A DNA stretch of 64,000 nucleotides. Origin: Methylobacter sp. Its GTDB lineage: Bacteria > Pseudomonadota > Gammaproteobacteria > Methylococcales > Methylomonadaceae. The translations under genes were made by a program, and so were the position numbers. The notes beneath the pieces are model-generated. The model had not been told where the DNA came from. It saw only the letters and a program-made list of their open reading frames with translations, and searched no databases. Shown in pieces: positions 18,667 to 28,972 of this stretch. Location: NCBI GenBank assembly GCA_024636505.1, contig JAGXGY010000044.1:9319-73318 (forward strand), written 5' to 3'. How positions within the stretch are numbered: the stretch's first letter is position 1; every line of letters begins with the position of its first letter.

Positions 18667-20580
18667 CTATCGTAGGGGATTTGGGTTATCCCATTGGTAA
18701 CGATCTAGACTGTCCTGATTGTTATATTGTTTAAATGGCTGCTCCAGCTTGTAGCCTTTGTGCTCCCGATCTGGATTGGTGTAAACATTCAGACTGCCAT
18801 TTTTAGTTGCGTTGGGATGGGCACTATTTTCTTTTATCATTCTGTTGCTGATAGCTTGTGCTTCTGCTGGTGAGTTAATGATGTGCGGTTTGATGAGCAC
18901 TACCAACTCGGTACGGCTGCGGGTTTGGCCTTCGTCGCGGAAGAAGTAGCTCAGTAGCGGAATGTCACCAAGAAAAGGGACTTTGCTTTCCCGGTTGCTG
19001 GCACCTTCTTGTATCAGGCCTCCCACGGCAACAGTGTTATTGTCTTTGGCGATAACTGAGCCACTGAAGGTTTTTTCCTCAACAATATCTATGGGTAACT
19101 CTTCAAAACCATTAAAACCAACATTTACCAATAAATTGGCACCATGTGGAATCATTGAGGATTGCTCAACCAGCACTTGGATGTTTACGGTGTTATCGGC
19201 ATTGATATTGGGTGTTAGCAGTAAGGTATTGCCGATTTTACGTTGGGTATAGGTTACGCTGGGCAAGGTGACTGTATTTGTCAGTATATTGTTAACGGCA
19301 TTATTAGTAGTAGAACCTTGGGTATAACCCGTTATCACCGGGATTTCTCTACCAACAAAAAAACGGCTTACTTCCTGATTAGAGGTCATCAAAATGGGTG
19401 TCGCTAGTTGAGTTACCCGGTTTTCTTTTTCCATCAGTTGCAAACGCATTTCAAAGTTTTTGCTGACCACGGTAGCCAGTAACGCTGGATTAAATGCGGC
19501 AGCTGCGGTTCTCAACGCGTCTTGAGTTAATTCGGTTGTACTTCTATCAAAACTACTGGTTTGAAAATCACCATTCTTTAATTTGAAATCAAACAACGAA
19601 TCAAAGCCATCGGAAAGGTCTATCGCCAGAATTTTTACTTCCATCAACAACATGGAGCTTTCCAGATCCAAATTTTTATAAATGGAGCGAATTTCATTCA
19701 TCGCATCCAGATCGCGGGTACGTACTAAAACACGGTTTTGATGTTTGATAACGCCGACATAAATCGGTGCTTGGTGACGAGAACTGGCATCCACCTGCTC
19801 TCGGCTTTTTTCAATGTCGCCAGTTACCTGATTGGTAATATTAGTCAAATCTTGTTGTCCTGCCTGCTGGTTATTCTGGCTGTTTTGATTATTTTGTCCA
19901 TAACCTTGGCTATTGCCAAAGTTTTGCGAACCAGAATTTTGAGTGCCGAGCTGTTGATTACTCGATCCTTGGCTCCCGCTACTTTGGTTGGTGGTATTTC
20001 CTGAGGTGCTGCCTGAGGTACCAAAGTTTTGGGTGGTTCGGCTATCTATCACATCGAAACGCTTAAACCTCTGTTTCAAATCAGAGTATTGTTGCATTTG
20101 GTTCTGTTCGCCATAACTCAGACGCACTCGGTTGGAAAATAAATTCTGTATTGTCTCAGCCAAATCCAGCGCATTTTTAGCATTTTTCAGGGTAAAAATT
20201 TCAGTTTCTTCTTTTTTAAACTCCACCTGTTCCAGCCGGTATTCCTCAACGGTATAAAGACGGACGATATTGGAATCGGCATCCCGTTGATACCAGAGGT
20301 TATAGGTTTTAGAAATGGCATCGATGACTTCCAAAGACGTCACCCGGCGCAGGAACATGGTGACGTGAATATCGGCTGCAGCTTTGGATGCGATAATATT
20401 AAGCCTTGATTGCTCGGATAAAATCCGCAGCGCATCGCCGACGGTAATATCGCGGAACTCAATTTGTTCGATAACCTGACCGGGATTCGCTTTAGCGGCG
20501 GCCATCGATAATGTTGTCGGCAGCATCGTCAGCGTCAGCGCAATGACCATATAAGATGGGATTGATAATAATTTATGCAT
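18667..20580 (-). CDS. Secretin (GspD/PilQ family) with a Gln/Asn/Ser-rich loop
   Basis: STN/N0-like EFRDITVGDALRIL, ATPILMTSNQ, GNTLLLTPNIN, VAVGGLI, KVPFLGDIPLL and RTELVVLIKPHII. Probable start is ATG 20580. Confidence 0.9.
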   Translation of the reverse strand: MHKLLSIPSYMVIALTLTMLPTTLSMAAAKANPGQVIEQIEFRDITVGDALRILSEQSRLNIIASKAAADIHVTMFLRRVTSLEVIDAISKTYNLWYQRDADSNIVRLYTVEEYRLEQVEFKKEETEIFTLKNAKNALDLAETIQNLFSNRVRLSYGEQNQMQQYSDLKQRFKRFDVIDSRTTQNFGTSGSTSGNTTNQSSGSQGSSNQQLGTQNSGSQNFGNSQGYGQNNQNSQNNQQAGQQDLTNITNQVTGDIEKSREQVDASSRHQAPIYVGVIKHQNRVLVRTRDLDAMNEIRSIYKNLDLESSMLLMEVKILAIDLSDGFDSLFDFKLKNGDFQTSSFDRSTTELTQDALRTAAAAFNPALLATVVSKNFEMRLQLMEKENRVTQLATPILMTSNQEVSRFFVGREIPVITGYTQGSTTNNAVNNILTNTVTLPSVTYTQRKIGNTLLLTPNINADNTVNIQVLVEQSSMIPHGANLLVNVGFNGFEELPIDIVEEKTFSGSVIAKDNNTVAVGGLIQEGASNRESKVPFLGDIPLLSYFFRDEGQTRSRTELVVLIKPHIINSPAEAQAISNRMIKENSAHPNATKNGSLNVYTNPDREHKGYKLEQPFKQYNNQDSLDRYQWDNPNPLR

Positions 20581-20687
20581 GTGTAGAGTAAGTTTTCGTT
20601 TATGGTTCGATAGGCTCGCCACCCACCGAATAAGCTTTAACCGTCCAGTGTTAACATGAAAACCGTGAAATTGAACCATCCCCAACT

Positions 20688-21245
20688 TCACCGTAAAAAA
20701 ATCGTTTCGTTAGCCGGTTGTATCTCGACTTTGACATGACTTTTGGCTATTTCCAGAACGTGAATTTCAATGACTTGGTTATCTTTAATCGTAGTGATCT
20801 TGTCACCTGTGCCGACCATTTCGGTTTTGTCGTTAATGCGTAACATCGCGTGATTTTTATCTTTGTGCATGCCGCATACGCTGGCAACTAAGGTCATGTC
20901 CGGAAATGCTGAACGTTGTGCAACAATACCGGCAGGAGCTCCGGCAGTCGTGGTAGACACCCCTTTTAGCGCCTGCCTGAAGTTTTGATTCATTCGGGTA
21001 GGATCTTTTATGTCGCTTTTATCCGGGTTGTTAACCGGGGAGGCCGGCGCGCTGTCTTTTGTCGGCAATAAAACGCCCGCCAGTTTCCGCTCCAGCTTTT
21101 CAGACATCACTGTCGGGTCATTCAATACTTCGGCTATGAAAGGGGCGTTATCCTGCGCCGCTTGAGCGGACAACGATTCGGCCAACAGCGACTGACTGCA
21201 TAGCAGCAACAGACACGTTGCCCGTGTAAAATATGGCAACGTCAT
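20688..21245 (-). CDS. Exported PilP/GspC-like accessory protein
   Basis: Signal peptide, DPT motifs and a C-terminal beta domain (AMLRIN...V.TGD). Located between the platform and secretin genes. Confidence 0.55.
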   Translation of the reverse strand: MTLPYFTRATCLLLLCSQSLLAESLSAQAAQDNAPFIAEVLNDPTVMSEKLERKLAGVLLPTKDSAPASPVNNPDKSDIKDPTRMNQNFRQALKGVSTTTAGAPAGIVAQRSAFPDMTLVASVCGMHKDKNHAMLRINDKTEMVGTGDKITTIKDNQVIEIHVLEIAKSHVKVEIQPANETIFLR

Positions 21246-22462
21246 TTCGGGCTTCCTCCGGCGGCAGCAAACATCGCGACTAAAAAAGCCGCATAGACAA
21301 AGCCGATCACGCCGCCGACAAAGATAGTCATCGCCGGAGCTATCATGCCGGTCAGGGTGGCGATGGCTTGTTTGAGTAAGTCATCGTGGTATTCGGTCAT
21401 TTCCGTCAAAATATCATCCAGGGTTCCCGAGTTCTCTCCGACGCGGGTCATTTGCAACACCAGCGGCATGTAACCCGATTCGATTTCCATTTGCTCCGCC
21501 AGTGAAGAGCCTTGCATAATCTGCTCGCGGGCAACGGAAATACGACTCGCCATATATTTGTTAACATGCAGCTTTTCGATAGTGGTTAAGGCGTCGACCA
21601 TGACCACGCCGCTACGCAGTAACAACCCCATGGCCCGGCAAAACAATACCGTACCTGACAAACGCAGCACATAGCCGACTACCGGAATTTTCAGCGCGTA
21701 CTTGTCTATCCACCAGCGGCTGGGCGGCCAGTTGTAAAATACAATAAAAACGACCGCTGCCGCTGTGGCTAAAACCGACATCATCAAGCCGTTGGCCAGC
21801 ACCCAGTCGGAGCTGTCAATCAAGGCTTTGGTTACCGGCGGCATCGGTTTGCCCATTATTTTCAGCAGTTTTTTAATCTCGGGAATCAGCCCGGTCATCA
21901 TAAAAATGATAATGCCGATTGCCATCAATAAGGAAAAGGCCGGGGATCTTAACGCCGTGGTGATTTGTTTTTTTAATTGGCGACTGGCTTTGACTTCCTT
22001 GGCGGCCTCATCCATGACCGTGCTCAGATTACCGGTTTGCTCGCCGACCCGAATCAACTGGATGGTAAATTCGCTGAAAGCTGTATGTTCGGATAACGCA
22101 TCGGTCAAAGAACTGCCTTGCTGAATGCGTTTAGCCAAGCGTTCCCAGGTCGACCTGGCGCCAATCCGGCAATGTTTAAGACTCAAGTTCAAAGCATCGA
22201 GCAAGCTGATGCCGCTACGCAACATCACCGCGATCTGGTGGAAGTCGTGTTCTATATCGGTGGCATTGAATGAACGGTAAGCCATAGGATTCAGGCTGAT
22301 TTTGTTAGCCGTAGCTCCGCCTTGTTTAAGCGGTTCAATTTTAAGCGGCAACAGGCCTTGGGCGCGCAATGCAAGAATCGCCGATTCGCGCGTTGCGCTT
22401 TCTATTGCGTCAACGCGTTGCTGACCGCTACGGTCTCGGGCTGTGTAGGTGAATATCGGCAT
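21242..22462 (-). CDS. GspF/PilC-family inner-membrane platform protein
   Basis: MPIFTYTARDRSG, MLRSGISLLDAL, VGEQTGNL and VGENSGTLD; two T2SSF domains. Confidence 0.92.
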   Translation of the reverse strand: MPIFTYTARDRSGQQRVDAIESATRESAILALRAQGLLPLKIEPLKQGGATANKISLNPMAYRSFNATDIEHDFHQIAVMLRSGISLLDALNLSLKHCRIGARSTWERLAKRIQQGSSLTDALSEHTAFSEFTIQLIRVGEQTGNLSTVMDEAAKEVKASRQLKKQITTALRSPAFSLLMAIGIIIFMMTGLIPEIKKLLKIMGKPMPPVTKALIDSSDWVLANGLMMSVLATAAAVVFIVFYNWPPSRWWIDKYALKIPVVGYVLRLSGTVLFCRAMGLLLRSGVVMVDALTTIEKLHVNKYMASRISVAREQIMQGSSLAEQMEIESGYMPLVLQMTRVGENSGTLDDILTEMTEYHDDLLKQAIATLTGMIAPAMTIFVGGVIGFVYAAFLVAMFAAAGGSPK

Positions 22463-22481
22463 TATTTGCAGAATTTATTTA

Positions 22482-22758
22482 TCATTCCCACGCTCCAGCG
22501 TGGGAATGCAGTTGTGACGCTCCGGCGCTCATGGTTATACGCATCTTTCGCCGACACCCGGGTTTCCCGCTTGGATAGCCGGCACCGAGACCTTTTTAAC
22601 GCTGCTGTTGGAGTGCAGACTTTGCCTGCAGCAGCAAGCAAAGCTTGCACTCCCGTTCGTCTACGGCCACTTGTGCATAACGATAAGCGCTGCGGCGTCA
22701 CGGTTAGCAACGCTGGAGCGTTGCAGAATGCGTTCCCACGCCGGAGCGTGGGAACGAT
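22482..22758. repeat. REP family A inverted pair (REPIN-like) enclosing further small palindromes
   Basis: Arms at 22482-22527 and 22709-22758 match the REPtron arms. The internal GGAGTGCAG...TTGCACTCC palindrome resembles one at ~11262-11306. Confidence 0.8.
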
Positions 22759-22793
22759 GAGTCGCCGGAGTGCGGCAACGATGAGTTTTCCGT

Positions 22794-24620
22794 TCACCAG
22801 GACGACGCAATCTGAACGACTTCAGTCACCGAGGTGACGCCGGCCAGCAATTTATCGACCGCATCGTCCAGCAAGCTCTTAATGCCGGAATCGCGCATTT
22901 TGATGACCAAACTGCTTTCGCCTTCGCCGTCGGCCACCGAGCGCGCCCAATCTTCCCGCAACTCCAATATTTCATACAAGCCGATACGCCCCGAATAACC
23001 TTTGCCGCCGCAATAAATGCAGCCGGACGGGTCGTGAATGGTGTGTCCGGCCAATTCGGCGCGGTTAATGGAAATCGCTTCCAGCTCGGTCAACGGCCTG
23101 GGAATGCGGCAGTGTACGCACAAGCGGCGCAATAAGCGTTGAGCGACGGCAAGCCGCAACGCTGCCGCCACTAAATAAGGCTCAACGCCCATGTCGGTTA
23201 ACCGGGTCACGGTCGCCGCCGCCGAATTGGTATGCAAAGTGCCCAGTACCATGTGACCGGTCAGCGCCGCTTTAATGGCAACGTCGGCGGTTTCCTTGTC
23301 CCGGATCTCGCCGATCATCACCACGTCGGGATCATGGCGCAAAATACTGCGCAACGCTTTGGCGAAACTGACCTTATCGGCGGAATCCACCTCGCATTGG
23401 GCAATGCCGTTAATTTCATATTCGATAGGATCTTCAATGGTGATGATGTTGACCTTGCGCTCTTCCAGCAGCATGCGGATAGCCGCGTACAAGGTGGTGG
23501 TTTTGCCGCTGCCGGTCGGGCCGGTCATAATCATCAAGCCCTGAATGCGGCGCAAAAAACCCTCAATCATACGCTTATGGGCAGGCTCGAAACCCAAGCG
23601 TTCCAAGGTCAGCGAGTCGGTTTGCACCGCCAGTAACCGCATGGTGATGCGTTCGCCGTATTTGGTCGGCAACGTCGCCACCCGCACGTCAACCCGCCGT
23701 TCCCCGGAAACGAACTGATGCGAAAAGCGGCCGTCCTGCGGCGAGCGTTTTTCGGCAATATCCAGATAAGCCATCACTTTGAGCCGACTGACCAGCTCGG
23801 TAAAAATGTTGGAGTTGATCTGGCTGTAGTGCTCCAGTTGTCCATCGACCCGAAAACGGATGGTGGCGCCGTTATAGCCGGGATCGATATGTATATCCGA
23901 CGCTTGGCGCATATAGGCGGCATACAGCAGTTCGTCGCCGGTATTGACCGCATTGGCGGTTTGCATGACTTGTGCTGAAGCCGGTGCCGGCAACGCTTGA
24001 ACGGTTCCGTAAACCTGCTTGAGTTTGGCGTCGAGTTGCGCCGCTTGCCCCGCCCATAAACGAACCGGTTTTTTTAATAAGCGCTCCAGTACGGTGATAA
24101 CCGCATGGTTTTCTATATCCTGGCAAACAACGTGAACGATGCCGTCCATTTCAATAAAAGGCAGGACTTTTTGCCTGAGCGCAATGTTGGCCGGTATTTT
24201 TAATGCGCAAACCGGATCGATGCGTATTGCATTGACGTCCAGCAAATGGGAGGCCGGATCGAAGCCGACATGATCGATATATTCCACGCCGAAGCGGACA
24301 TCGCCGCCTTCGGCGTGTAACCACCGCACTTTAGCTTGCCGGGTAAAACGCCGGTTATTGGCTTCGATACTGATGGTAATCGTCGCGTCCTGATCGATAA
24401 TGCCGACATTACCGGCAATCATCAGGCCGGCGCCACCGGCGGAACTGTCTTCAATTTCCGCATGACTGATGGTAATGCTGTTCTCTTGGAATACCGTGGC
24501 GCTCCAGCCGTTGACAGGTTCGCGAGTCCTGTTGCGGTTATCGGAAGAAACCGCTCCGGTTTGCGGTAATTTCGGCAGGTATTGAGTCATATCGGTATAA
24601 AGACCTTCATTGTAGGGCAA
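22794..24620 (-). CDS. GspE/PilB-family assembly ATPase with N-terminal PilZ domain
   Basis: RNRTR...DSSAGG...VRW...FGVEY (PilZ); ASDIHID, GPTGSGKTTT, TIEDPIEY, RHDPDVVMIGEIRD and a tetra-Cys motif. Confidence 0.92.
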   Translation of the reverse strand: MPYNEGLYTDMTQYLPKLPQTGAVSSDNRNRTREPVNGWSATVFQENSITISHAEIEDSSAGGAGLMIAGNVGIIDQDATITISIEANNRRFTRQAKVRWLHAEGGDVRFGVEYIDHVGFDPASHLLDVNAIRIDPVCALKIPANIALRQKVLPFIEMDGIVHVVCQDIENHAVITVLERLLKKPVRLWAGQAAQLDAKLKQVYGTVQALPAPASAQVMQTANAVNTGDELLYAAYMRQASDIHIDPGYNGATIRFRVDGQLEHYSQINSNIFTELVSRLKVMAYLDIAEKRSPQDGRFSHQFVSGERRVDVRVATLPTKYGERITMRLLAVQTDSLTLERLGFEPAHKRMIEGFLRRIQGLMIMTGPTGSGKTTTLYAAIRMLLEERKVNIITIEDPIEYEINGIAQCEVDSADKVSFAKALRSILRHDPDVVMIGEIRDKETADVAIKAALTGHMVLGTLHTNSAAATVTRLTDMGVEPYLVAAALRLAVAQRLLRRLCVHCRIPRPLTELEAISINRAELAGHTIHDPSGCIYCGGKGYSGRIGLYEILELREDWARSVADGEGESSLVIKMRDSGIKSLLDDAVDKLLAGVTSVTEVVQIASSW

Positions 24621-24636
24621 CCGTCGCCTGTAAAAA

Positions 24637-25290
24637 TCACAGCCATAAAGTCAGCAGCCATTCTTGCTTGCCCGGTTCGGCTTTATAAGTCTGCATGGTC
24701 AACGATACCGGCAGCGCCTTGATATGGCTGTCGTTCAAGGCCGACAGCGCCCGGTAATTGTCCGGATAATCGCCGATATAACGAATCGTCCAGATATTCA
24801 AATTTTTGTCATCGCCAGTGACGGCTGCGCCGCCATGAGTAGCCGACTCTGCCGGTACCATGTCTTTAAGCCAGATCAGGGTGTCGCGTAACGATCGGGG
24901 TAAGGACGCGACCACCGGTTTATCGTTGTGTTGCTCGTTGAGCACCTGCAAATGATGTTTCGCCAAAATAATCGAGATATGTTCTATCGCGTCATTGCTT
25001 GACCCTGATTGCGATAAAAAGCCGCTGTTTTCCGCAAAAGCGGCGTGGATGGCTTTATCCTCCTGTTCCAGTTTGGCGATTTCTTCCGTTATAGTGCGCT
25101 GTTGCTGTTCAATCCCCGGCAAGGCGGCCGCATTAATGCCTTTTTGTTGCAAACCGACATATTGATCCTCGGCTTTTTTGGATTTTTCAGTCACAAAGCC
25201 GCTGATAATCACAAAATAAATCACCAGTATTCCCAGTGCCGGCAGCATGCGTTTGAGCCACAGTTCGCGTTGTTGTTCCGGTGTCATCAT
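24637..25290 (-). CDS. PilO/GspM-like alignment protein
   Basis: N-terminal TM segment, coiled coil and C-terminal ferredoxin-like region. Supported by operon position. Confidence 0.55.
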   Translation of the reverse strand: MMTPEQQRELWLKRMLPALGILVIYFVIISGFVTEKSKKAEDQYVGLQQKGINAAALPGIEQQQRTITEEIAKLEQEDKAIHAAFAENSGFLSQSGSSNDAIEHISIILAKHHLQVLNEQHNDKPVVASLPRSLRDTLIWLKDMVPAESATHGGAAVTGDDKNLNIWTIRYIGDYPDNYRALSALNDSHIKALPVSLTMQTYKAEPGKQEWLLTLWL

Positions 25291-25323
25291 TGTCCTTATC
25301 TACAAGTTCTGTAAGAGCGTTCC

Positions 25324-25405
25324 GTGGGAGCGACGCCTACGTCGCGATTTTCAGTACGCCTACATCGCGATTTTCAGCCAGTCGCGACGTAGGCGTCGCT
25401 CCCAC
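25324..25405. repeat. REP family B doublet
   Basis: GTGGGAGCGACGCCTACGTCGCGA ... TCGCGACGTAGGCGTCGCTCCCAC with an internal partial duplication. Confidence 0.85.
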
Positions 25406-25421
25406 AAAACACAGCATTGGG

Positions 25422-26816
25422 CTATGGCTTTTTACTAAACCCGTCCGCACCCAGATCGATCAATTTAATTTCAAATTCCCACGGTCCGCCGTCAACAAAC
25501 AGCTCCATATTTTTCTTGGCGGGAGCGATAACCGACCAACCCAATGTCAGCAATTGCTTCTCCAGATAGTTGGCTAATTCATTGGCAGAGACGGCATCCA
25601 GACTGACGCCGCTGATTTTGACCTCATCCTTGTCGACAGCGATGCTCTCCACCAGTAGATTTTCAGGCCGGCCTTTAGCTAAGGCTTCCAGTAATTTGGC
25701 CGGACGCTGCTGCAAGCTTTTAATCAATCCCGGTAAAATTTCCGAATCCGCTTTCAGCTTGTCGATTTTGGTCTTTAACTTGTCGCGCTTATTTTGATTG
25801 TCAGTCAGGGTCTTGCGCAACGCGGTCATTGATGTTTCGACTTGCTGCAACGCGCTAAACTCAGCAGTGAACTGATTGGCCTGATGCAAATGCCAGCTTA
25901 AATGACCGGCACAGAGCAGCAATGCCAGCGATCCGCCGGAAGCCATCAGCAGCAGATCTTTATTGATTTTCGACTGATAACGCAAAACCGGCGCAGCAGG
26001 CCGGTCTTTTCGGGTCAGCGCTATCGCCCATAGCAACAGCCAGTCGGCAACCGGCTCGACATTGTTTAAATGCAGCAGAAATGCGCTATCCGGCAATAAC
26101 TCGATTTTATTGTTTAACAGCGTTTCGGAATGCTCGACCTCGCCTTGTTCTGACAGCCAGCGTTCCAGTTCGGTTCGCCAATGGCGGCTGTCAAAAGCAA
26201 ACAACCGCAAACTAAAACCGTGTTCGGGATGGTTTCTGATTGCCGCCAATTGGGTCGGCCAGCATTCCATTCTTAACCAGTCCCGGCGCTCGGGGTTTTC
26301 AAGCGATAGCGGCAGTGCCGCCGGGTGCAGCAAACCGGCCAGCGTACTGCCGGCTTTTTTAACCACCTTATGCACATCCTCCAAATGCAGTTGGCTCATT
26401 TGGCTGACCCAGTAGCTGCTCATTTCATCTTGATTGCTTAACAGCTGATAAGCCAGTTGCATGTCTACAGAAGACTGGCCGGTTAAGCCTTCCAGCTCAA
26501 ATTGCAAGGCCTGCACCAAGGTCGCTTCATCAACGCCTTCAACCTGCATCGACGGCAGGCTCAGCAAGGTAATCGGCAGGCGCACATACAACAGCCAGAC
26601 CTTGCGCCCTAAAGGGCCGCTGTTGGCGGCAACGGTGCTGACGCAATCCCCCAGCCTGGCGGTATTCGGGCATTCGGCGGCAATCACCCCGGCATTGCCA
26701 AACAGCACGCCGGCTTTATCCACGTCCACGCGAAAGGTCTTGACCTCGGTGATAAACAGCAGGGTGAGAGCAGGGCGCTTGCTTAAGGCAGGCAGTTTTA
26801 TCGATGAAAAATTCAA
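25422..26816 (-). CDS. PilM/PilN (GspL-like) fusion alignment protein
   Basis: Cytoplasmic actin-like region (ALQFELE), TM segment, coiled coil and PilN-like C-terminus (ISGVSLD...L). The ORF-track extension to 26969 is REP-derived; probable start is TTG 26816. Confidence 0.6.
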   Translation of the reverse strand: MNFSSIKLPALSKRPALTLLFITEVKTFRVDVDKAGVLFGNAGVIAAECPNTARLGDCVSTVAANSGPLGRKVWLLYVRLPITLLSLPSMQVEGVDEATLVQALQFELEGLTGQSSVDMQLAYQLLSNQDEMSSYWVSQMSQLHLEDVHKVVKKAGSTLAGLLHPAALPLSLENPERRDWLRMECWPTQLAAIRNHPEHGFSLRLFAFDSRHWRTELERWLSEQGEVEHSETLLNNKIELLPDSAFLLHLNNVEPVADWLLLWAIALTRKDRPAAPVLRYQSKINKDLLLMASGGSLALLLCAGHLSWHLHQANQFTAEFSALQQVETSMTALRKTLTDNQNKRDKLKTKIDKLKADSEILPGLIKSLQQRPAKLLEALAKGRPENLLVESIAVDKDEVKISGVSLDAVSANELANYLEKQLLTLGWSVIAPAKKNMELFVDGGPWEFEIKLIDLGADGFSKKP

Positions 26817-26845
26817 ATTTTGTATTGAGTTAATGATGAAATATA

Positions 26846-27115
26846 GTTGCCACGCTGGAACGTGGGAATTCAAGGAATATAGTTCCCACGCCCCAGCGTG
26901 GGAATTCAGTCCGCAACGCTCAGCGTTGTGAATTGCCGAGCCGCCGACAAGAAAACGCTCCCCCCACACGGTTTCGGGACGCTGGAGCGTCTACCCTGCG
27001 TTCCCACGCTGGAGCGTGGGAACGATGAACGGTTCGTAAGGTGGGCAGTGCTTTTTTGCCCGCCCTGCATGGCTTCGCAACGCTGGAGCGTTGCCCAATG
27101 CATTCCCGCGCTCCC
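26846..27115. repeat. REP family A cluster
   Basis: Several TTCCCACGC-N4-GCGTGGGAA and ACGCTGGAGCGT units. Confidence 0.8.
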
Positions 27116-27334
27116 GGCCTTTTTATAGCGCTGCACTCTCCGGGAAAATGCAGTGCTATAGAAAAAAGAGGAGGCATCCTTGCTCTCCTCAATGTCATCC
27201 TTGACCAAAAATTCCGTAAGGATTGTCGGCCCGGGTTCCTTGAGCCGTTCGAACCGCGAAAAGCAGAGAGGGTTGCCTGCGGTTCGGTGTGATTTTTTTG
27301 CGGAGGCCGGGCAGCGTTTTTCTGCCCGCCCGGA

Positions 27335-27730
27335 TTATTCCGCCCTTAAATCGGCCTTGCAGCGGGCGATCACGTTGCCGCTGGGCGTCGCGGTGAAGCC
27401 GCCTAGACCGTGGTAAAAGTAAGGCCCCGGATGTTGGTATTTGATCCGGCAAGGCACGTTGTCGCGTTCGACGAAAGCCGGTTGAACGTCGCCGTCAGCG
27501 TCGGGCGTAACGGTGCACGAGGCGATGGCGAAGTTATTGTTGGTGGTGAGCTTAACGCTGGCGGGGCCGTGATACACGCTGTCGCCTTCTGCCGATGAGA
27601 TCATGCAGCCGCCATTGCCGCCATCGCCAAAAGGGTTGATGACGATAGGCGCGGGCGGCTGCATGGCATTTGCCGTCGTTATTGTCAGCAGCATCGGCAA
27701 ACCGATAAAAATAAAAGATTTTTTCATCAA
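27335..27730 (-). CDS. Small secreted protein with 4 Cys
   Basis: Sec signal peptide (MMKKSFIFIGLPMLLTITTANA); co-oriented within the filament cluster. Confidence 0.7.
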   Translation of the reverse strand: MMKKSFIFIGLPMLLTITTANAMQPPAPIVINPFGDGGNGGCMISSAEGDSVYHGPASVKLTTNNNFAIASCTVTPDADGDVQPAFVERDNVPCRIKYQHPGPYFYHGLGGFTATPSGNVIARCKADLRAE

Positions 27731-28048
27731 AATATTCCGTCTGTTAATTAATTAATGGGTTATACCCGTTACAGTGTCGTAGCGCGTATGCCGTAGCCGA
27801 ATACCGGATTCGACGCCGCAACCGCGCAAAGGCTTTGCGCCAGAGCCAACCGGTCAAACGCTTAGCCGCATTAAACCGGTTGGATTTGGTTTTTACGTCG
27901 GCTGGTCGGCGTTTTGCGCCGACCCTTGCCGTTGCCATAAGGCGGACACCAACAGCATGTACCCGCTCTGCATGGCTATCTTTCAAGCAGAGCTTGAAGA
28001 TAGGCATTCCCAAGCTGGAGCTTGGGAATGAGACACATGGCTTACAGA

Positions 28049-28972
28049 TTAGTTGGCAGATTTGTTTGTATAAGTCTGCGCCAGCAGTGTATTTGCACCA
28101 ACTAAAGTAGCTGATTCAGTAGCTGGCACGTTAGCTACGACACCCAAGAACTTGGCTTTTTCAGTGACTTCCGAGCAACCATCGGTAGTGTTATCTTTAT
28201 CCACCTGCACGATTGCAATGAAGTGCGCATAACGCTCTGTGGGGCCAAATTTGGCATCTTGAGGGAAGTACACCGGTGAGGCTACCGCCGTCGACTGAAT
28301 CAGTTCATTATTGTCGCCAAGACCCATGGCAATGTAGTCATAACAAGCGGCTTTATAGACCATCGGGTCGCGACCTAAGGCTGTTGCCAGATGTTGTTGC
28401 AGTCCTGTAACAGTCATCATTCCAACCGTCTTGTCAGCTATGCCAGCAGCACCAACTGGTAGAAACTTGGCAGTTCCCCAGCCACTTGCAGTTGGCGTGT
28501 CTAACATATACATTCCAGCACTTGTGCCGAAAGTTTTATTATTAACAGAAGCATCATTTGCCACTGCCATGTTAATGCCAGAAGATGATAACGATTTCGC
28601 TTGAATTGAATCTGCCGCAAACGCTACGGGTGCGTCAAATACAGTCGTATTTGCTAAACCGCAATAAACATCTCCCTTAGTTTGAGCTGTTGCACAAGAA
28701 CCTGTACCTGCCAGTGCTGCGGCGTCTGCATCAGCCGTCAACAAATCCATATGCGGCGGCAGTTTGTTTTTTTCGGAGACATAACGACCCAATGCATTAT
28801 TCAATTGCGTCACGTTATTGGAGTTGGTGCTGTCATGGGTGGTCTGGGTAAAGCTGCCCACATAAGGAACCAGCAATCCCGCCAAGCCGACCAGAATTAA
28901 CAAAACAACTGACAACTCGATTAAGGTCATACCCGCCTGTCTGGCGATGTGTTTTACTTTATAATGTTTCAC
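28049..28972 (-). CDS. Prepilin-type protein, probable major pilin
   Basis: QAG|MTLIELSVVLLILVGLAGLLVPYV; first gene after the sigma54 promoter; RBS GGGGAG with GTG start. Confidence 0.85.
   Translation of the reverse strand: MKHYKVKHIARQAGMTLIELSVVLLILVGLAGLLVPYVGSFTQTTHDSTNSNNVTQLNNALGRYVSEKNKLPPHMDLLTADADAAALAGTGSCATAQTKGDVYCGLANTTVFDAPVAFAADSIQAKSLSSSGINMAVANDASVNNKTFGTSAGMYMLDTPTASGWGTAKFLPVGAAGIADKTVGMMTVTGLQQHLATALGRDPMVYKAACYDYIAMGLGDNNELIQSTAVASPVYFPQDAKFGPTERYAHFIAIVQVDKDNTTDGCSEVTEKAKFLGVVANVPATESATLVGANTLLAQTYTNKSAN

Noticed and set aside
19840-20030. Tandem repeat or frameshift in the secretin gene
   Set aside because: It is an in-frame low-complexity Gln/Asn/Ser/Gly loop, a common feature of secretin N3 domains.
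26817-27292. N-terminal extension of the 515-aa ORF and several overlapping small ORFs
   Set aside because: These are translations of REP-A palindromes (SHAGAWE, FPRSSVGT), with no RBS or coupling evidence.
27770-27960. c-di-GMP-I (GEMM) riboswitch upstream of the secreted-protein gene
   Set aside because: Hairpins and a GCAAAG word are present, but the GGCAAA..GAAA..GACGCAAAG architecture is not. It looks like assorted small repeats.
14477-28972. Diversity-generating retroelement or shufflon acting on the pilins
   Set aside because: There is no reverse transcriptase or site-specific recombinase and no TR/VR pair. Pilin similarity is confined to the N-terminal helix.
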